From contig MCFE01000403.1 in assembly GCA_002104905.1 (NCBI GenBank), forward strand, positions 1 to 64,000: a DNA stretch of 64,000 nucleotides. Reading direction: 5' to 3'. The position numbers and the translations under genes are program-made. Below, piece by piece: positions 63,629 to 64,000 of this stretch (positions within the stretch are counted from its first letter, which is position 1; each line of letters starts with the position of its first letter). This DNA comes from Basidiobolus meristosporus CBS 931.73 (taxonomy: Eukaryota > Fungi > Basidiobolomycota). Under the pieces are notes generated by a model, which searched no databases, had not been told where the DNA came from, and saw only the letters and a list, made by a program, of their open reading frames with translations.

Positions 63629-64000
63629 ATTCTGTGGTGGTGTATAAGTCCAAGGGAGAGATACGTCAGCGCTTCTCAAGTGTTTTGTGTGTGGGGTGTT
63701 CACTGGGTGCAATAACCTCTGGCAAAAGCTTGCTAAGAATACTTGGGTTCTGTCTCTAATCTAATGTGAAGGGTAATAAAGCCACAAGCTTGTCAAGGGA
63801 AAACTATTGAGCTACAATCCCCAACTTAGTTGGCGTTGTAACAGAAGTATGTGCTGGGTTCAGCATTCTTTGAGATGACAATGTACTAAAGCTTCCAAAG
63901 TCAAAACAACTGTAAACTCCACCAGCAGGGACTTGATAAGAATGCAGCTGTGGTCAATAGTTACATAGACAGAAAAGTATCTTTGCCTGTACAAGAACAA

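Larger units (their letters stand above)
56106..64000 (-). mobile_element. Ty3/gypsy element, family B; 5' LTR runs off the window
   Basis: 3' LTR 56106-57175; PPT gagaggggggtgga (57176-57189); 5' LTR from 63633. Two solo LTRs are nested in gag. Confidence 0.95.

Noticed and set aside
1-64000. Classical ascomycete RIP (CpA to TpA)
   Set aside because: CpA and TpG are abundant rather than depleted; the visible bias is at CpG. A mutation-spectrum computation would be needed to exclude a minor CpA component.

Overview
The whole 64 kb is a decayed, deeply nested eukaryotic transposon island that looks fungal; the species cannot be assigned from this sequence. I found no intact host gene, rRNA/tRNA gene or CRISPR array, and CpG is strongly depleted. 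Six element groups are recognisable. (1) A CACTA/EnSpm-like DNA transposon with a tnp2-type transposase and a divergent second ORF, present as many fragments. (2) A two-gene PHIS (PIF/Harbinger-ISL2EU superfamily) DDE_Tnp_4 element with AGACTTGTTC TIRs and ANT TSDs: 4 copies plus a 732-bp fold-back derivative. (3) Two Ty1/copia families, copia-1 (349-bp LTR) and copia-2 (369-bp LTR, one full-length copy). (4) Ty3/gypsy family A (~367-bp LTR, one near full-length copy). (5) Ty3/gypsy family B (~1070-bp LTR, tRNA-Lys PBS, plus a variant LTR B2). (6) The 3' tip and LTRs of a chromodomain-bearing gypsy (D). The most notable signals are: PHIS insertions that all land in or beside CACTA sequence; a near-perfect ~345-bp-arm hairpin MITE; a CpG-centred target preference of gypsy B; perfect heat-shock elements in three LTR types; and self-insertion with apparent gene conversion between inverted LTRs. 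All alignments and counts were made by eye, and fragment boundaries without a TSD or TIR are approximate.
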